Below are positions 9,408-18,707 of a stretch of 32,000 nt of DNA, in pieces. Source of the stretch: Zymomonas mobilis subsp. mobilis ATCC 10988. Lineage in GTDB: Bacteria > Pseudomonadota > Alphaproteobacteria > Sphingomonadales > Sphingomonadaceae. The notes under the pieces are model-generated. The model was not told the DNA's origin, searched no databases, and worked only from the letters and a program-made list of their open reading frames with translations. The DNA is taken from positions 1-32,000 of the forward strand of contig NC_017183.1 of the NCBI RefSeq assembly GCF_000175255.2. Direction: 5' to 3'. The position numbers were made by a program, and so were the translations under genes. How positions within the stretch are numbered: the first letter of the stretch is position 1; each line of letters starts with the position of its first letter.

Positions 9408-10663
9408 GCAACTTGCCACAAGGATGGATTCAAACAACATTTGCTGACATTACAAATCAGCGATCGGGTAATAGTAAGCTCGTCAAAGGGAAGCTTGAAA
9501 GCCAAGAGAGCAATGGCCTTTACCCGGCTTTCAGCGCTAGCGGTCCAGATGTCTGGCGAGATGCTTTTGAATATGAAGGCGATGCCATCATTGTGTCCGC
9601 AGTCGGTGCGCGTTGCGGCAAGGCATTTCGCGCTAAAGGTCAGTGGAGCGCGATCGCAAACACGCACATTGTTTGGCCAGAGCCCCAAGTGGTTGAGACG
9701 GAATTTCTATTTCTACTCCTGAATGACGAAAACTTTTGGGAAAAGGGCGGATCGGCGCAGCCCTTTGTGAAGGTACGTGCTACTTTTGAGCGAACGATCA
9801 ACCTCCCCCCTCTGCCTGAACAACGGAGGATTGTGGCGAAGATCGACAGCCTCACCGGCAAATCCAGACGTGCACGCGACCATCTCGATCACATCCCCCG
9901 CCTCGTCGAGAAATACAAACAGGCCATCCTCTCCGCCGCCTTCAGGGCCGACTGGCCGCTCATATCGGTTGGCGAAACCATCCGGGCGGTTGTGGCTGGC
10001 AAAAACCTGCGCTGCGAGGAACGCCCACCTTTCGAACACGAAAGCGGTGTCGTGAAAGTCAGCGCTGTAAGTTGGGGAACTTTCGATGCACGAGCTAGCA
10101 AAACTCTTCCTGAAAGCTTCACGCCGCCCGAGAATACACGAATTAAGGCTGGGGATTTACTCATTTCGCGTGCAAACACACTGGAGCTTGTCGGCGCGGT
10201 GGTAATCGTGTTGGAATGCCCATCAAACTTATTTCTTAGCGATAAGGTGCTGCGACTGGACGTTGAGGATGGTGACAAGCCATGGCTGATGTGGTTCTTG
10301 CGCTCGCCTGATGGGCGTGCAGCTATAGAAGGTGCTGCGACCGGCAATCAACTCTCAATGCGCAACCTTAGTCAGGCCGCACTAAAGAGCATCTCGATGC
10401 CTTGGCCTGCCGCCGAGCAACGCGAAGAGATCGTTAGCCGCATCGAATCCGCATTTGCTTGGATCGAATGCCTCGCCGCCGATGCTGCTAGCGCCCGCAA
10501 GCTGATCGATCACCTCGACCAGTCCATGTTGGCCAAGGCCTTCAAAGGCGAGCTGGTGCCACAAGACCCGGCCGACGAACCCGCCAGTGCCTTGCTCGAT
10601 CGCATCCGGGCAGAACGTGCTGCCGCGCCAAAGGCCAAGCGTGGTCGCAGAAAGGTCGCCTGA
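9404..10663 (+). CDS. hsdS: Type I restriction-modification specificity (S) subunit
   Basis: 419 aa. Overlaps hsdM by ATGA. LPPLPEQRRIVAKIDSLTGK conserved repeat after TRD1 and MPWPAAEQREEIVSRIESAFAWIE after TRD2. Confidence 0.92.
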   Translation: MSNLPQGWIQTTFADITNQRSGNSKLVKGKLESQESNGLYPAFSASGPDVWRDAFEYEGDAIIVSAVGARCGKAFRAKGQWSAIANTHIVWPEPQVVETEFLFLLLNDENFWEKGGSAQPFVKVRATFERTINLPPLPEQRRIVAKIDSLTGKSRRARDHLDHIPRLVEKYKQAILSAAFRADWPLISVGETIRAVVAGKNLRCEERPPFEHESGVVKVSAVSWGTFDARASKTLPESFTPPENTRIKAGDLLISRANTLELVGAVVIVLECPSNLFLSDKVLRLDVEDGDKPWLMWFLRSPDGRAAIEGAATGNQLSMRNLSQAALKSISMPWPAAEQREEIVSRIESAFAWIECLAADAASARKLIDHLDQSMLAKAFKGELVPQDPADEPASALLDRIRAERAAAPKAKRGRRKVA

Positions 10664-10666
10664 CCC

Positions 10667-11443
10667 ATGGTCATTCCATTGATGCTGCCTGTCTTGCTCC
10701 TTGCCGCTGTTGGCGAACAGCGCGTGGCCGATGCCGCAGAACGCATCGCCGATGAACTTGGTCTCACTCCCGATGAACGCGAAGAAATGCTGCCCAGCGG
10801 GCGGCAACGCCTGTTGCACAACCGCATCCATTGGGCAAAGTTCTATATGTCCAAAGCAGGGGCGTTTCATCGCGACCGAAGCGGGGCGGGCGCTGCTGGC
10901 ATCCAATCCTGCATGCATCAGTGTGAGCGACCTCAAGGACTATGAAGGCTTCTGCGAATTTTACAGTGGACAGAAATCTTCTGACGACGATGCCGGGTCT
11001 GTTGCCATTGCCCCGTCAGTCGAAACTGATACGCCATAGGAGCAGATTGAGACGGCCTATCAGGCTGTGCAATCGGCCCTTCGTGCGGAATTTCTGGAAC
11101 GCATCGTCCAGAACAGTCCGGCCTTTTTCGAGCAACTGATCGTCGATTTACTGATCGCTATGGGATATGGCGGATCGTACAAGAATGCAGTCACCCAGCT
11201 CGGCCGTTCTGGTGATGGCGGCGTGGATGGTGTCATCAACGAAGACAGGCTGGGGCTGGATCATGTTTATGTGCAGGCCAGGAGGTCTGTGGGTCGCCCC
11301 GATGCGCAGGCGTTCGTTGGTAGTCTGGTCGGGCATGCTGCTACCAAGGGCGTTTTCGTTACCCCTCCGCCTTCAGCAATCATGCCCAGGATTATGATAA
11401 ACACCTAAGGTGGCGCTTTTTATGCAGCCTTGCCCATTGGTAG
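10667..11443 (+). pseudogene. mrr: Mrr-type restriction endonuclease, decayed
   Basis: Frame 1: MLPVLLLAAVGEQRVADAAERIADELGLTPDEREEMLPSGRQRLLHNRIHWAKFYMSKAG. Frame 2: RFIATEAGRALLASNPACISVSDLKDYEGFCEFYS. Third part: LLIAMGYGGSYKNAVTQLGRSGDGGVDGVINEDRLGLDHVYVQARR, with a further frame change and no normal C-terminus. Confidence 0.85.
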
Positions 11444-11808
11444 CTTCCCTCGTTTTCCTGTTAAAATACTCCTTGTTTCTCAAAAGCTATGTCCTCTTTT
11501 TTTCGTTCTTCGGATTGTGTTTCATCTGGCTACGAGTAGGTACTTCTTAAAAAGAGGAAATGAGGAAAATTAGACAGGAATAGTCGTGGGAAGCTGCCGG
11601 TAAAAAGGTTCAACCATGCAATTTTGTTCGAGCTGAGAAAGATCAAATATAATATAAATGACCGTATCTATAATTATAAACGGTGTATGTTAAAAAAAGC
11701 CTTGATATCATTATCTCATTTCAGCTCAACAGAAAATCATAATAAAATTTTGTAAGTAAATACTAAATTTTTAGATTATCTATCTATATATTCTATAATT
11801 ATAATTTT

Positions 11809-14800
11809 TTAAGGTCTCATTTTTCTTCTAAGCTCGGTAAACTTAGGATCAGATTTTATACATTCAATATTACTGAGCTTATCGATTAATTCTCCTATTT
11901 TATATCCATAAAATATATCCTGTATATCAGATGGGATAATGACCTGAAGTAACTTAAAAATTTCTTTCGGAAATTTGAGTATGATTGTGTCATCCAAACG
12001 AGAAAAACAGTTAGCAATTTTCAAGCTATTTTTAATAATAGTTAATCGTGGTGAAATCAGTTGTACTATGTCCGGCATTTTATCATCTGCCAATAGCGCG
12101 ATTTCAATGAGTTCTTCAGATAAAGCTTGGGTTCGAGTTATAAGTTGACGTGGCCAGACTTTATTAAGAAATTCTATAACTTCTGTCCATTTTTGTTTTT
12201 CTTTTGCCCATATCTTGACAGAATTTATTATAGTAATGCGCCCTTTATCATCTGTTTTTATAAGAAAATCACGTAATTCTTCGTTATTAACTAGCCTGTC
12301 TCCTTCTTGATTTAATGATATCCATCCTCTAAATAGCAAGCGCATAACTATGCCATAATTTTTATGATTTTTCTGTGATACTAAATCGGTTAAAATTATT
12401 TTTAGACGAGCAAACAGATCATGGTTCCAGCTAGTATATTGACATGCTGATGAAATAAATGCCCTGGAGGATTCAGAATTAGGATTTTGCTCTATCTGTG
12501 AAATAATATGCTCATCAGTCCATTGCTTGTCGATAGAATAGATCCGGCCTAGCTTGGTGCCAAATATTGCCATAACACAACAAAGCGCATCATTCTTTGC
12601 TGATATTAGGCAATTAGCACGTGTGTGCCATTCCTCATCTATAGTCTTATTTAAGATTTCATCAATAAGTAATACTGTCATCTTACCTATAGGAGAGTTT
12701 ATCGATTTAAATAGCCAGTTTTCTTGTTTTTTATCTACAACTAGAGTTTCTGATTCTGCAAAAGAGATAAGGACAGATTTAACTATTCGTTCCCATAATT
12801 TTAAGTAGGATTTTTTTGCATCTATAGCCAATGCCCGACCATGTTGTTCCATCCATGATGCAATAGAATCAATGCTGGTATTGAATACTTCTTCTGATAA
12901 TGAGTAGATCCGTTCTACAATTAGTATCTTTAGTCTTAGTTTATCTGTACGGCGTGCTTCGTTACAGAGAAACTCTGACCAATATTGCCTACGGGTTTCT
13001 CCACGTTTCGCTGCATAAATTAAGGCAGCTAATGCCTTAACGGGGTATTCTTTTGATAATCCTTTAAAGGGGCGCCTTTCTATTAAAAAGTCAGGCGATT
13101 TTCTTGAAATATCATCAGATTTTTCTAGTATTTTATCAATAGGAATTCCAAATAGTTCTGTAATATCTGTGTCTGTAGCAACACAACCGCCGCGTGAACT
13201 TGATCTATAAGTATTATCTAGAGCATATTCCGGTGTCCATTCAGGGGTAATTTTACGCAGTTCTAGACGCTTTGTTTCTAAGTCGAAGCTGACCGTCAAT
13301 TTTTCTTTTTTAAGCCATTCAAGACGGTTAAGAATCTGACAGGTTCGATATTCTTTATATTGCTGGTCATCGATACCTTTATATCGTTTTGGACCGGATA
13401 AAATTTTATTTTCAATTTTTTCCCTTGTTTCTTCATCAAACTCGGACCATCGAGTATTAAGTGATACAAGCAAGTCATGCTGAATTTGGATATCCCAGAA
13501 CACATCATTCGATAAATTCAGAATTATGTCACTGGCCTCTTGTTGAGAGGTCAGTCCTGCTTGACCTGTTACCCAGACATATAAATTTCTAAAAATTTTA
13601 TCCTCTGAATCTGGCCATTTCCTCCATTCACAGCGCGCTGCCTCTGAATTATGCTCGTATAGCTGTTTTAATTCATTTGCGTAGTGTCTAATCAAAGAAG
13701 ATATATTTTCTTCCTCATTATCAGGAATGCTAGCTGGATCGTCATATTCAACGATAGGATGGAGTCTAGGATCAAAATAGCCTTGATTGTCAATCTCGAG
13801 ATCTTCGGCTGATTCTAGATAGCTGCGAATTACGCGTATATAACGAACTAAGAATTTTTTCGGGATTTTCATTTCAGTAGGATGATTTGGATAAATAACT
13901 TTTGCTGAGACGAGATCTTGATGATTTTTTGTATCATCTAGAGGTATTTTTCTTTTGCTTCCCACTGAAATGCGCGGTCGTTTTAGATTTTCAAATTCGC
14001 GCTGTAGCCAAGATGTCCAGCCTTCCTTTTTAGAAAAATAATATAGTTCCCAAAATTTTGAATTACAATTTTCATCCGATGAATCTGACTTAGATGACAA
14101 GAGTAAATGCCATGCCTGTCTGATAGGACTTTCCATATTTCCATCTATATTGTGAGTTATATTGTTAGTAAGTTCAGAGTGTAACCAGTTCTGGCGGCTA
14201 GCCCACCATACAGTGATATTTTGATTCACTACGCGGCCAATCCAGTACGCTAATGATTGTAGTCGTGCAGGAAGGTTGTTTCCTTTATTTCTGAGACTAA
14301 TAAACAAGTTCTGTTTGTTATTAGATGTTTCTTCAAATGCTGACCATACATTGGAAGGTATTAGATGTTTTTGTGAATTGTCCTCAGGAAGAGGTCGTGG
14401 ATCACTATCGAGGCAAAAGTTATTAAAGATCGCTAGGGGATCCAGTATTTCTTCAAATAAATCATGAAGATAATTTTGATTACTATATCGAATAAAAGGA
14501 TCAAAGACACATAGCCATTCCGCCGATGGGGGCGTTGCATGACCTGCAAATTTTTTCGCTCCAGAAGTTGATGACACGACATGGGCTACCTGTCCTCGTT
14601 CGTAAGGATCAAGCTCCCTAGGTTTTTTTAGTGCTTTGTCTGAAATGATAGATTTCTGCCACTCATGTGGATCATTCGCTCTCTCTCCCCACGCTTTCAG
14701 TGATTCCCACAGAGATGGGAAATCTTGATGAGAAATTGCAGTAACTCCCTTGTCCTGCCAGAGAGCGGAGGCTTCATCTTCCTTTCCTTGTTGAAAGGTA

Positions 14801-15558
14801 TACAGTCCTCTTGTTTTTGTTGATCCTTTCAAACCTTCAAGCAAATATTGAATCGGAGGATCATCTGCAGAATAACCAACGAAAACAATCTTATATCTTT
14901 CTACGAGAGTCTTCATGAAAGCTGTTGCCCATCCATCAGAGAGATAGGCGCGTCCAAAGTCGGCGGATGAGAGTATAAACTCCTTTGACGCTGCGTCTGA
15001 GTAGTCAGGATTGACCATACCATGCAAATGGATAATCCCTTCCCATTCATCTCTTCTGGGATCTGGCAAATCGGGGGGTGAAATTTCGGGGATATCTGGT
15101 GCAGCAAGCTGGAATAATCGATCAAAATTTGTTGTAATAAGCCGATGTCGTCCATTCGGCATTTTGGAAAGATTAAATAAAGATTTATGAGGATCAAGGC
15201 CAGGATTAGAGTTTGGTTTTACTGCCTGTGAAACATCTGATCGTATATCTTCTACCGCAAATTCTTGTTCTAATAATGCAAAAATTCTATCAGCGGGAGG
15301 TATACCTCCAACGCCGGGTGGGGTTTCTATCTTATCAGAAATTTCTAAAAGCTGTCGAGCTGGACTCGAAGCCGATGATCCAAGAGAAGAGATAACTCGT
15401 TTTGCTAGCTCAGGAAAGCTTAGCCCTCCTGCCTCTTGCATCGATATCCCAGCTCCACAGAAGAATAAAACTTCTCCTTCATCTCGCGCATAAAGAAGGT
15501 CATCTGGTATATCTGGGCCATCAGCAAAAAATCGCATTCTAGATGTTAGCCTAAACAA
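11809..15558 (-). CDS. Large protein with N-terminal SIR2-family domain; candidate anti-phage defense-associated sirtuin
   Basis: 1249 aa. VLFFCGAGIS, LITTNFDRLF, GIIHLHG and IVFVGYSADDPPIQYLL are SIR2-like motifs, followed by a long (~900 aa) C-terminal region. AT-rich flanks. The start may instead be the internal M at about 15537. Confidence 0.8.
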   Translation of the reverse strand: MFRLTSRMRFFADGPDIPDDLLYARDEGEVLFFCGAGISMQEAGGLSFPELAKRVISSLGSSASSPARQLLEISDKIETPPGVGGIPPADRIFALLEQEFAVEDIRSDVSQAVKPNSNPGLDPHKSLFNLSKMPNGRHRLITTNFDRLFQLAAPDIPEISPPDLPDPRRDEWEGIIHLHGMVNPDYSDAASKEFILSSADFGRAYLSDGWATAFMKTLVERYKIVFVGYSADDPPIQYLLEGLKGSTKTRGLYTFQQGKEDEASALWQDKGVTAISHQDFPSLWESLKAWGERANDPHEWQKSIISDKALKKPRELDPYERGQVAHVVSSTSGAKKFAGHATPPSAEWLCVFDPFIRYSNQNYLHDLFEEILDPLAIFNNFCLDSDPRPLPEDNSQKHLIPSNVWSAFEETSNNKQNLFISLRNKGNNLPARLQSLAYWIGRVVNQNITVWWASRQNWLHSELTNNITHNIDGNMESPIRQAWHLLLSSKSDSSDENCNSKFWELYYFSKKEGWTSWLQREFENLKRPRISVGSKRKIPLDDTKNHQDLVSAKVIYPNHPTEMKIPKKFLVRYIRVIRSYLESAEDLEIDNQGYFDPRLHPIVEYDDPASIPDNEEENISSLIRHYANELKQLYEHNSEAARCEWRKWPDSEDKIFRNLYVWVTGQAGLTSQQEASDIILNLSNDVFWDIQIQHDLLVSLNTRWSEFDEETREKIENKILSGPKRYKGIDDQQYKEYRTCQILNRLEWLKKEKLTVSFDLETKRLELRKITPEWTPEYALDNTYRSSSRGGCVATDTDITELFGIPIDKILEKSDDISRKSPDFLIERRPFKGLSKEYPVKALAALIYAAKRGETRRQYWSEFLCNEARRTDKLRLKILIVERIYSLSEEVFNTSIDSIASWMEQHGRALAIDAKKSYLKLWERIVKSVLISFAESETLVVDKKQENWLFKSINSPIGKMTVLLIDEILNKTIDEEWHTRANCLISAKNDALCCVMAIFGTKLGRIYSIDKQWTDEHIISQIEQNPNSESSRAFISSACQYTSWNHDLFARLKIILTDLVSQKNHKNYGIVMRLLFRGWISLNQEGDRLVNNEELRDFLIKTDDKGRITIINSVKIWAKEKQKWTEVIEFLNKVWPRQLITRTQALSEELIEIALLADDKMPDIVQLISPRLTIIKNSLKIANCFSRLDDTIILKFPKEIFKLLQVIIPSDIQDIFYGYKIGELIDKLSNIECIKSDPKFTELRRKMRP

Positions 15559-16164
15559 TAAGATTAAAATACATTTTAGTTTAATATTGAATAACTAAAT
15601 ATTTTTAATTGCATATAGATTTATCATCGTAAATTCAGGAAGGCTGTTAACCAGTCTACAAGTTTTTATAGAAAAAAATTATAAAATTTAAGTGAGGTAG
15701 AAGATAGCAATATATCTGGTACGTCCACGAACGAAGCGTGATCTATCTGCTCTTTCTGGATTGAAGCAGTTTTCCTCCATTGCAAGCCGTATGATCTGCT
15801 GCATAGGATATAAAGCGATCTTCTGGAGTTATGGAAATAACACAAAATGGAGACATCTTCGTGTTGCAGTGGAGGTTTGTTGGTGATCGAGATGTCTCTC
15901 ATGAACGCATCTGATCTATATAACTCTCTACATATTCCTGCGAAACAGTGCGATATGCTAGCCACCTGCCAACGATGAGCAGCTTATCGGTTGAGGTATC
16001 TAGCCAAAAATCCTAGGATCTAGATCAAGCAGTAGCGCGCTGTAGCCACTCGATATAAAAAATTGCGACATCATTTCTGGCTTTTATCCATTTTTTTCCA
16101 ACCATTTATTCCGTTTCAATTACCATATGGCTTAACTGACGAGGCGTCATCAGATCTGTTGTTT

Positions 16165-16186
16165 TTGTATCTTATTTAAGATACAA
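16165..16186. promoter_or_regulatory. Inverted repeat, candidate TA-operon operator
   Basis: TTGTATCTTA-TT-TAAGATACAA: perfect 10-bp arms, about 26 bp upstream of the antitoxin ATG. Confidence 0.6.
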
Positions 16187-16211
16187 TCTCAATCAAGATA
16201 GGAGTCCTCTC

Positions 16212-16490
16212 ATGCCTACAGCAAAAACAATGATACATATTCGGGTCGCAGGTGACCTGAAAGAACAGGTAAGCACTACCCTTGCCTCTATGGGCTTATC
16301 TGTTTCCGAAGCTGTTCGTTTATTCCTACATCGTGTCGTAGCAGAACAAAAATTCCCTTTCGAACTACGTGTCCCGAATGCAGAAACCCGGCTGGCAATG
16401 TCTGAAGCTGATGAAATTATTAAAAGCCACCAAAGTCGTTTTTCTAATTCCAAAGAGTTGATCGATGGCCTTGAAGCGCACAGCAAATAG
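16212..16490 (+). CDS. RelB/DinJ-family antitoxin
   Basis: MIHIRVAGDLKEQVSTTLASMGLSVSEAVRLFLHRVVAEQKFPFELRVPNAET, a DinJ-type N-terminus. Overlaps the downstream toxin gene. Confidence 0.85.
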   Translation: MPTAKTMIHIRVAGDLKEQVSTTLASMGLSVSEAVRLFLHRVVAEQKFPFELRVPNAETRLAMSEADEIIKSHQSRFSNSKELIDGLEAHSK

Positions 16491-16794
16491 TAAGCGTGCT
16501 TCTCTACCGAGATCCTCCGATTATACCAAAACCTTCCTAAAGGACTGGAAGCGCTTATCACGATCAGGACGCTACGATCTTAATCGTCTAAAGTCAGTCA
16601 TGATGCTCCTGATTGAGAATGATGAACCCTTGTCCGCTGAATGGTTAGATCATCCTTTAAAGGGTGAAATGGCCGCCTATAGGGAATGTCATATAGGGGG
16701 TGACTTCCTGCTTATTTACAGAATAGACAACAGCCGTCAGCCCGAAATGGTGATCTTCGTACGGGCGGGAACACATTCAGAACTCCTAGAATAA
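16465..16794 (+). CDS. YafQ-like mRNA interferase toxin (RelE superfamily)
   Basis: YTKTFLKDWKRL..DLNRLKSVMMLLIENDEPLSAEWLDHPLKGEMAAYRECHIGGDFLLIYRIDN is YafQ-like. Paired with the DinJ-like gene. Confidence 0.85.
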   Translation: MALKRTANSKRASLPRSSDYTKTFLKDWKRLSRSGRYDLNRLKSVMMLLIENDEPLSAEWLDHPLKGEMAAYRECHIGGDFLLIYRIDNSRQPEMVIFVRAGTHSELLE

Positions 16795-16807
16795 AGGCTT
16801 ATTTCTT

Positions 16808-16850
16808 AAAATACGTATCGACGTATATAGCTAAATACGTATTTAAGTTA
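16808..16850. repeat. ACGTATATAGCTAAATACGTATTTAAGTTAA dispersed repeat, copy 1 (upstream of parA)
   Basis: AAATACGTATCGACGTATATAGCTAAATACGTATTTAAGTTAA, preceded by ATAAAGGCTTATTT. Confidence 0.75.
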
Positions 16851-16864
16851 AAAAGGATTGACGT

Positions 16865-17488
16865 ATGCACGTTATTACGTTTTTAAGTCAAAAGGGCGGT
16901 AGTGGTAAGACAACCCTTTCGGTTCACACGGCTGTGGCAGCAGAGGCTGTCGGCAAGAAAGTCTGCATCATTGATGCTGATCCTCAAGAGAGTGCAACAA
17001 CTTGGGGGATGTCTCGGGAAAAGCCGACACCTATCGTAGCTACGGCTCAAGCTAGTGATCTGGATGCCGCCCTTTCGGCAGCTGAGGCAGAAGGTATAGA
17101 CTTGGCTATCATTGATGCACCGCCTCATGCCGCTCCTACGGCTAGTCAGATCGCCCGTCGAAGTGATTTTATTCTAGTCCCTATTAGACCAAGCGCTTTT
17201 GACTTAGCGGCTGTGCCGGCAATTATGGATATTATTAGGGCATCGAAATCGAGAGGCGCTTTCATTCTGTCAGCCTGTCCTTTCCGTGCTCCAGAGATCG
17301 AAGAGACACGCCTTGCTTTAGAAAGCTATAATCTTCCTATTTTTCCATCCGAGATTGTTGACCGTCGCGCTTTTGCTCGCGCAGTCACCACTGGATGCGC
17401 AGTCACAGAATTTGAAAGCAATGGCAAAGCTGCTGAAGAGATCCATCATTTATGGACTTGGATTAATAATACGTTAGAACGTATATAG
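16865..17488 (+). CDS. parA: Small ParA-family partition ATPase
   Basis: 207 aa. Deviant Walker A QKGGSGKTTLSVHTA, DADPQESATTW, IIDAPPHA. Confidence 0.9.
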   Translation: MHVITFLSQKGGSGKTTLSVHTAVAAEAVGKKVCIIDADPQESATTWGMSREKPTPIVATAQASDLDAALSAAEAEGIDLAIIDAPPHAAPTASQIARRSDFILVPIRPSAFDLAAVPAIMDIIRASKSRGAFILSACPFRAPEIEETRLALESYNLPIFPSEIVDRRAFARAVTTGCAVTEFESNGKAAEEIHHLWTWINNTLERI

Positions 17489-17511
17489 CTATATACGTAT
17501 ATACTTAAATA
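17470..17511. repeat. Dispersed repeat, copy 2 (end of parA to rhh)
   Basis: ACGTTAGAACGTATATAGCTATATACGTATATACTTAAAT. Contains the perfect 18-bp palindrome CGTATATAGCTATATACG at 17480-17497. Confidence 0.7.
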
Positions 17512-17524
17512 AGGGCTTTTTGCT

Positions 17525-17815
17525 ATGGCCAAGAAACCAACCGGACTAGCTGCTTTTTCCCGCCCTAAAGCGGTTACTCATCTTTCGACAGATGAGCCCA
17601 CCTCTACCATCGAAAATCAAACAGCCTTTCCGATGCGCAAGAAAAGAGGATCAGGTGACACCGTTGCTTTAACGGTGAAAGTTCGCCGCACCGATTGGCA
17701 ACGATTACGTCAGCTGGCGGATGCAGAGGGAACAACAATTCAAGCTATGGCCGAGGCAGGCTTTTCTGCTATCCTCGCCCAACATGGTTTAGCGTCTCTT
17801 AAGACAAGAAAGTAA
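17525..17815 (+). CDS. Small ribbon-helix-helix-like protein, probable ParB/ParG-type partner of ParA
   Basis: 96 aa. VALTVKVRRTDWQRLRQLADAEGTTIQAMAEAGFSAILAQHGL resembles an RHH fold. Directly downstream of parA and flanked by the repeats. Confidence 0.65.
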   Translation: MAKKPTGLAAFSRPKAVTHLSTDEPTSTIENQTAFPMRKKRGSGDTVALTVKVRRTDWQRLRQLADAEGTTIQAMAEAGFSAILAQHGLASLKTRK

Positions 17816-17862
17816 ACGTATCAACGCATATAGCTAAATACGTATTGAGCTATATGCGTAAA
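17816..17862. repeat. Dispersed repeat, copy 3 (downstream of rhh)
   Basis: 34-bp near-perfect palindrome at 17825-17858: CGCATATAGCTAAATACGTATTGAGCTATATGCG (16 of 17 pairs). Confidence 0.75.
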
Positions 17863-17912
17863 TAAAGATTTTTTATATACGAGATGTCAATATTCACAGT
17901 TCTTGTCTAACA

Positions 17913-18572
17913 TTGCGCATCTGTCTTACTCAGATGAAAAATTGGTTAGAGTCTCATCCTCGTCATATACCGATTTTTGTTATGATCGAAGCCAAGGTAC
18001 AACCTTTGCATTTAAAGCTTGCTAGTAACCCAGCTAAAACCCCAAATTTTTCAAAAATACCGCCCTTCACCGATGAAACTTATAACGAAATCGATCAAAC
18101 TATTGTGGATGTATTAGGTCGAAACAAAGTTATTATCCCCGATGATGTGAGAGGCGGCTATCCTAATTTGGAAGATGCAGTTTTTGCTGGAAATTGGCCA
18201 ACACTTGGCCAAGCACGTGGAAAATTTATCTTTTTCTTAACAACAGCGACAGGCCGTGACGGCGTCGCGGCATATCTGAATGGTCATCCGGGGCTTAAAG
18301 GGCGAATGGCATTTATGGATTCCGAACCTGGAAAACCTTATGCCGCTTTTGTTCTTGAAGATAATGCCTTAACCCAGGGAAATATTATTCGGAATGATGT
18401 CAAAAAAGGATATATTGTCCGAACCAGAGCCGATATTGATACCTACGAAGCTAAAAAGAATGATCTAACAAGGGGGAAGGCTGCATTTGATTTTAGCGCT
18501 AAAGCGGCTGGCAACGCGGTATGTCGGAAAACCTCTGAGCACAATAAAGGTGCTCGGATTATTTCTCACTAA
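17913..18572 (+). pseudogene. Fragment of a Ca2+-dependent phosphoinositide phospholipase C-like (PI-PLC-C1) protein
   Basis: HIPIFVMIEAK, IIPDDVRGGYPNLEDAVFAGNWPTLGQARGKFIFFL, GYIVRTRADIDTYEAKKNDLTRGKAAF are typical of the central/C-terminal part. The catalytic N-terminal part and the normal C-terminus are absent. Confidence 0.6.
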
Positions 18573-18707
18573 GAAGCGAAAAAATAAATATAGCGTTATA
18601 ATATAACTTTAAATATTAAATGTGATTCCCTGTGAGAAATAATATAATGTATTTTTTAAATGTAAAAAAAGTAATTTTAAAATAGATATTCATTTATTAA
18701 GTATTTT

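Noticed and set aside
15666-15965. Minus-strand 99-aa ORF upstream of the SIR2 gene as a functional gene, or the same region as a transposase remnant
   Set aside because: No recognisable motif on either strand. I could not support a family assignment, so it is left uncalled.
18573-18707. Retron ncRNA or RT upstream of the PtuAB-like pair
   Set aside because: The interval is only ~130 bp of AT-rich DNA with no RT ORF (no YADD motif) and no convincing msr-msd inverted repeats by eye.
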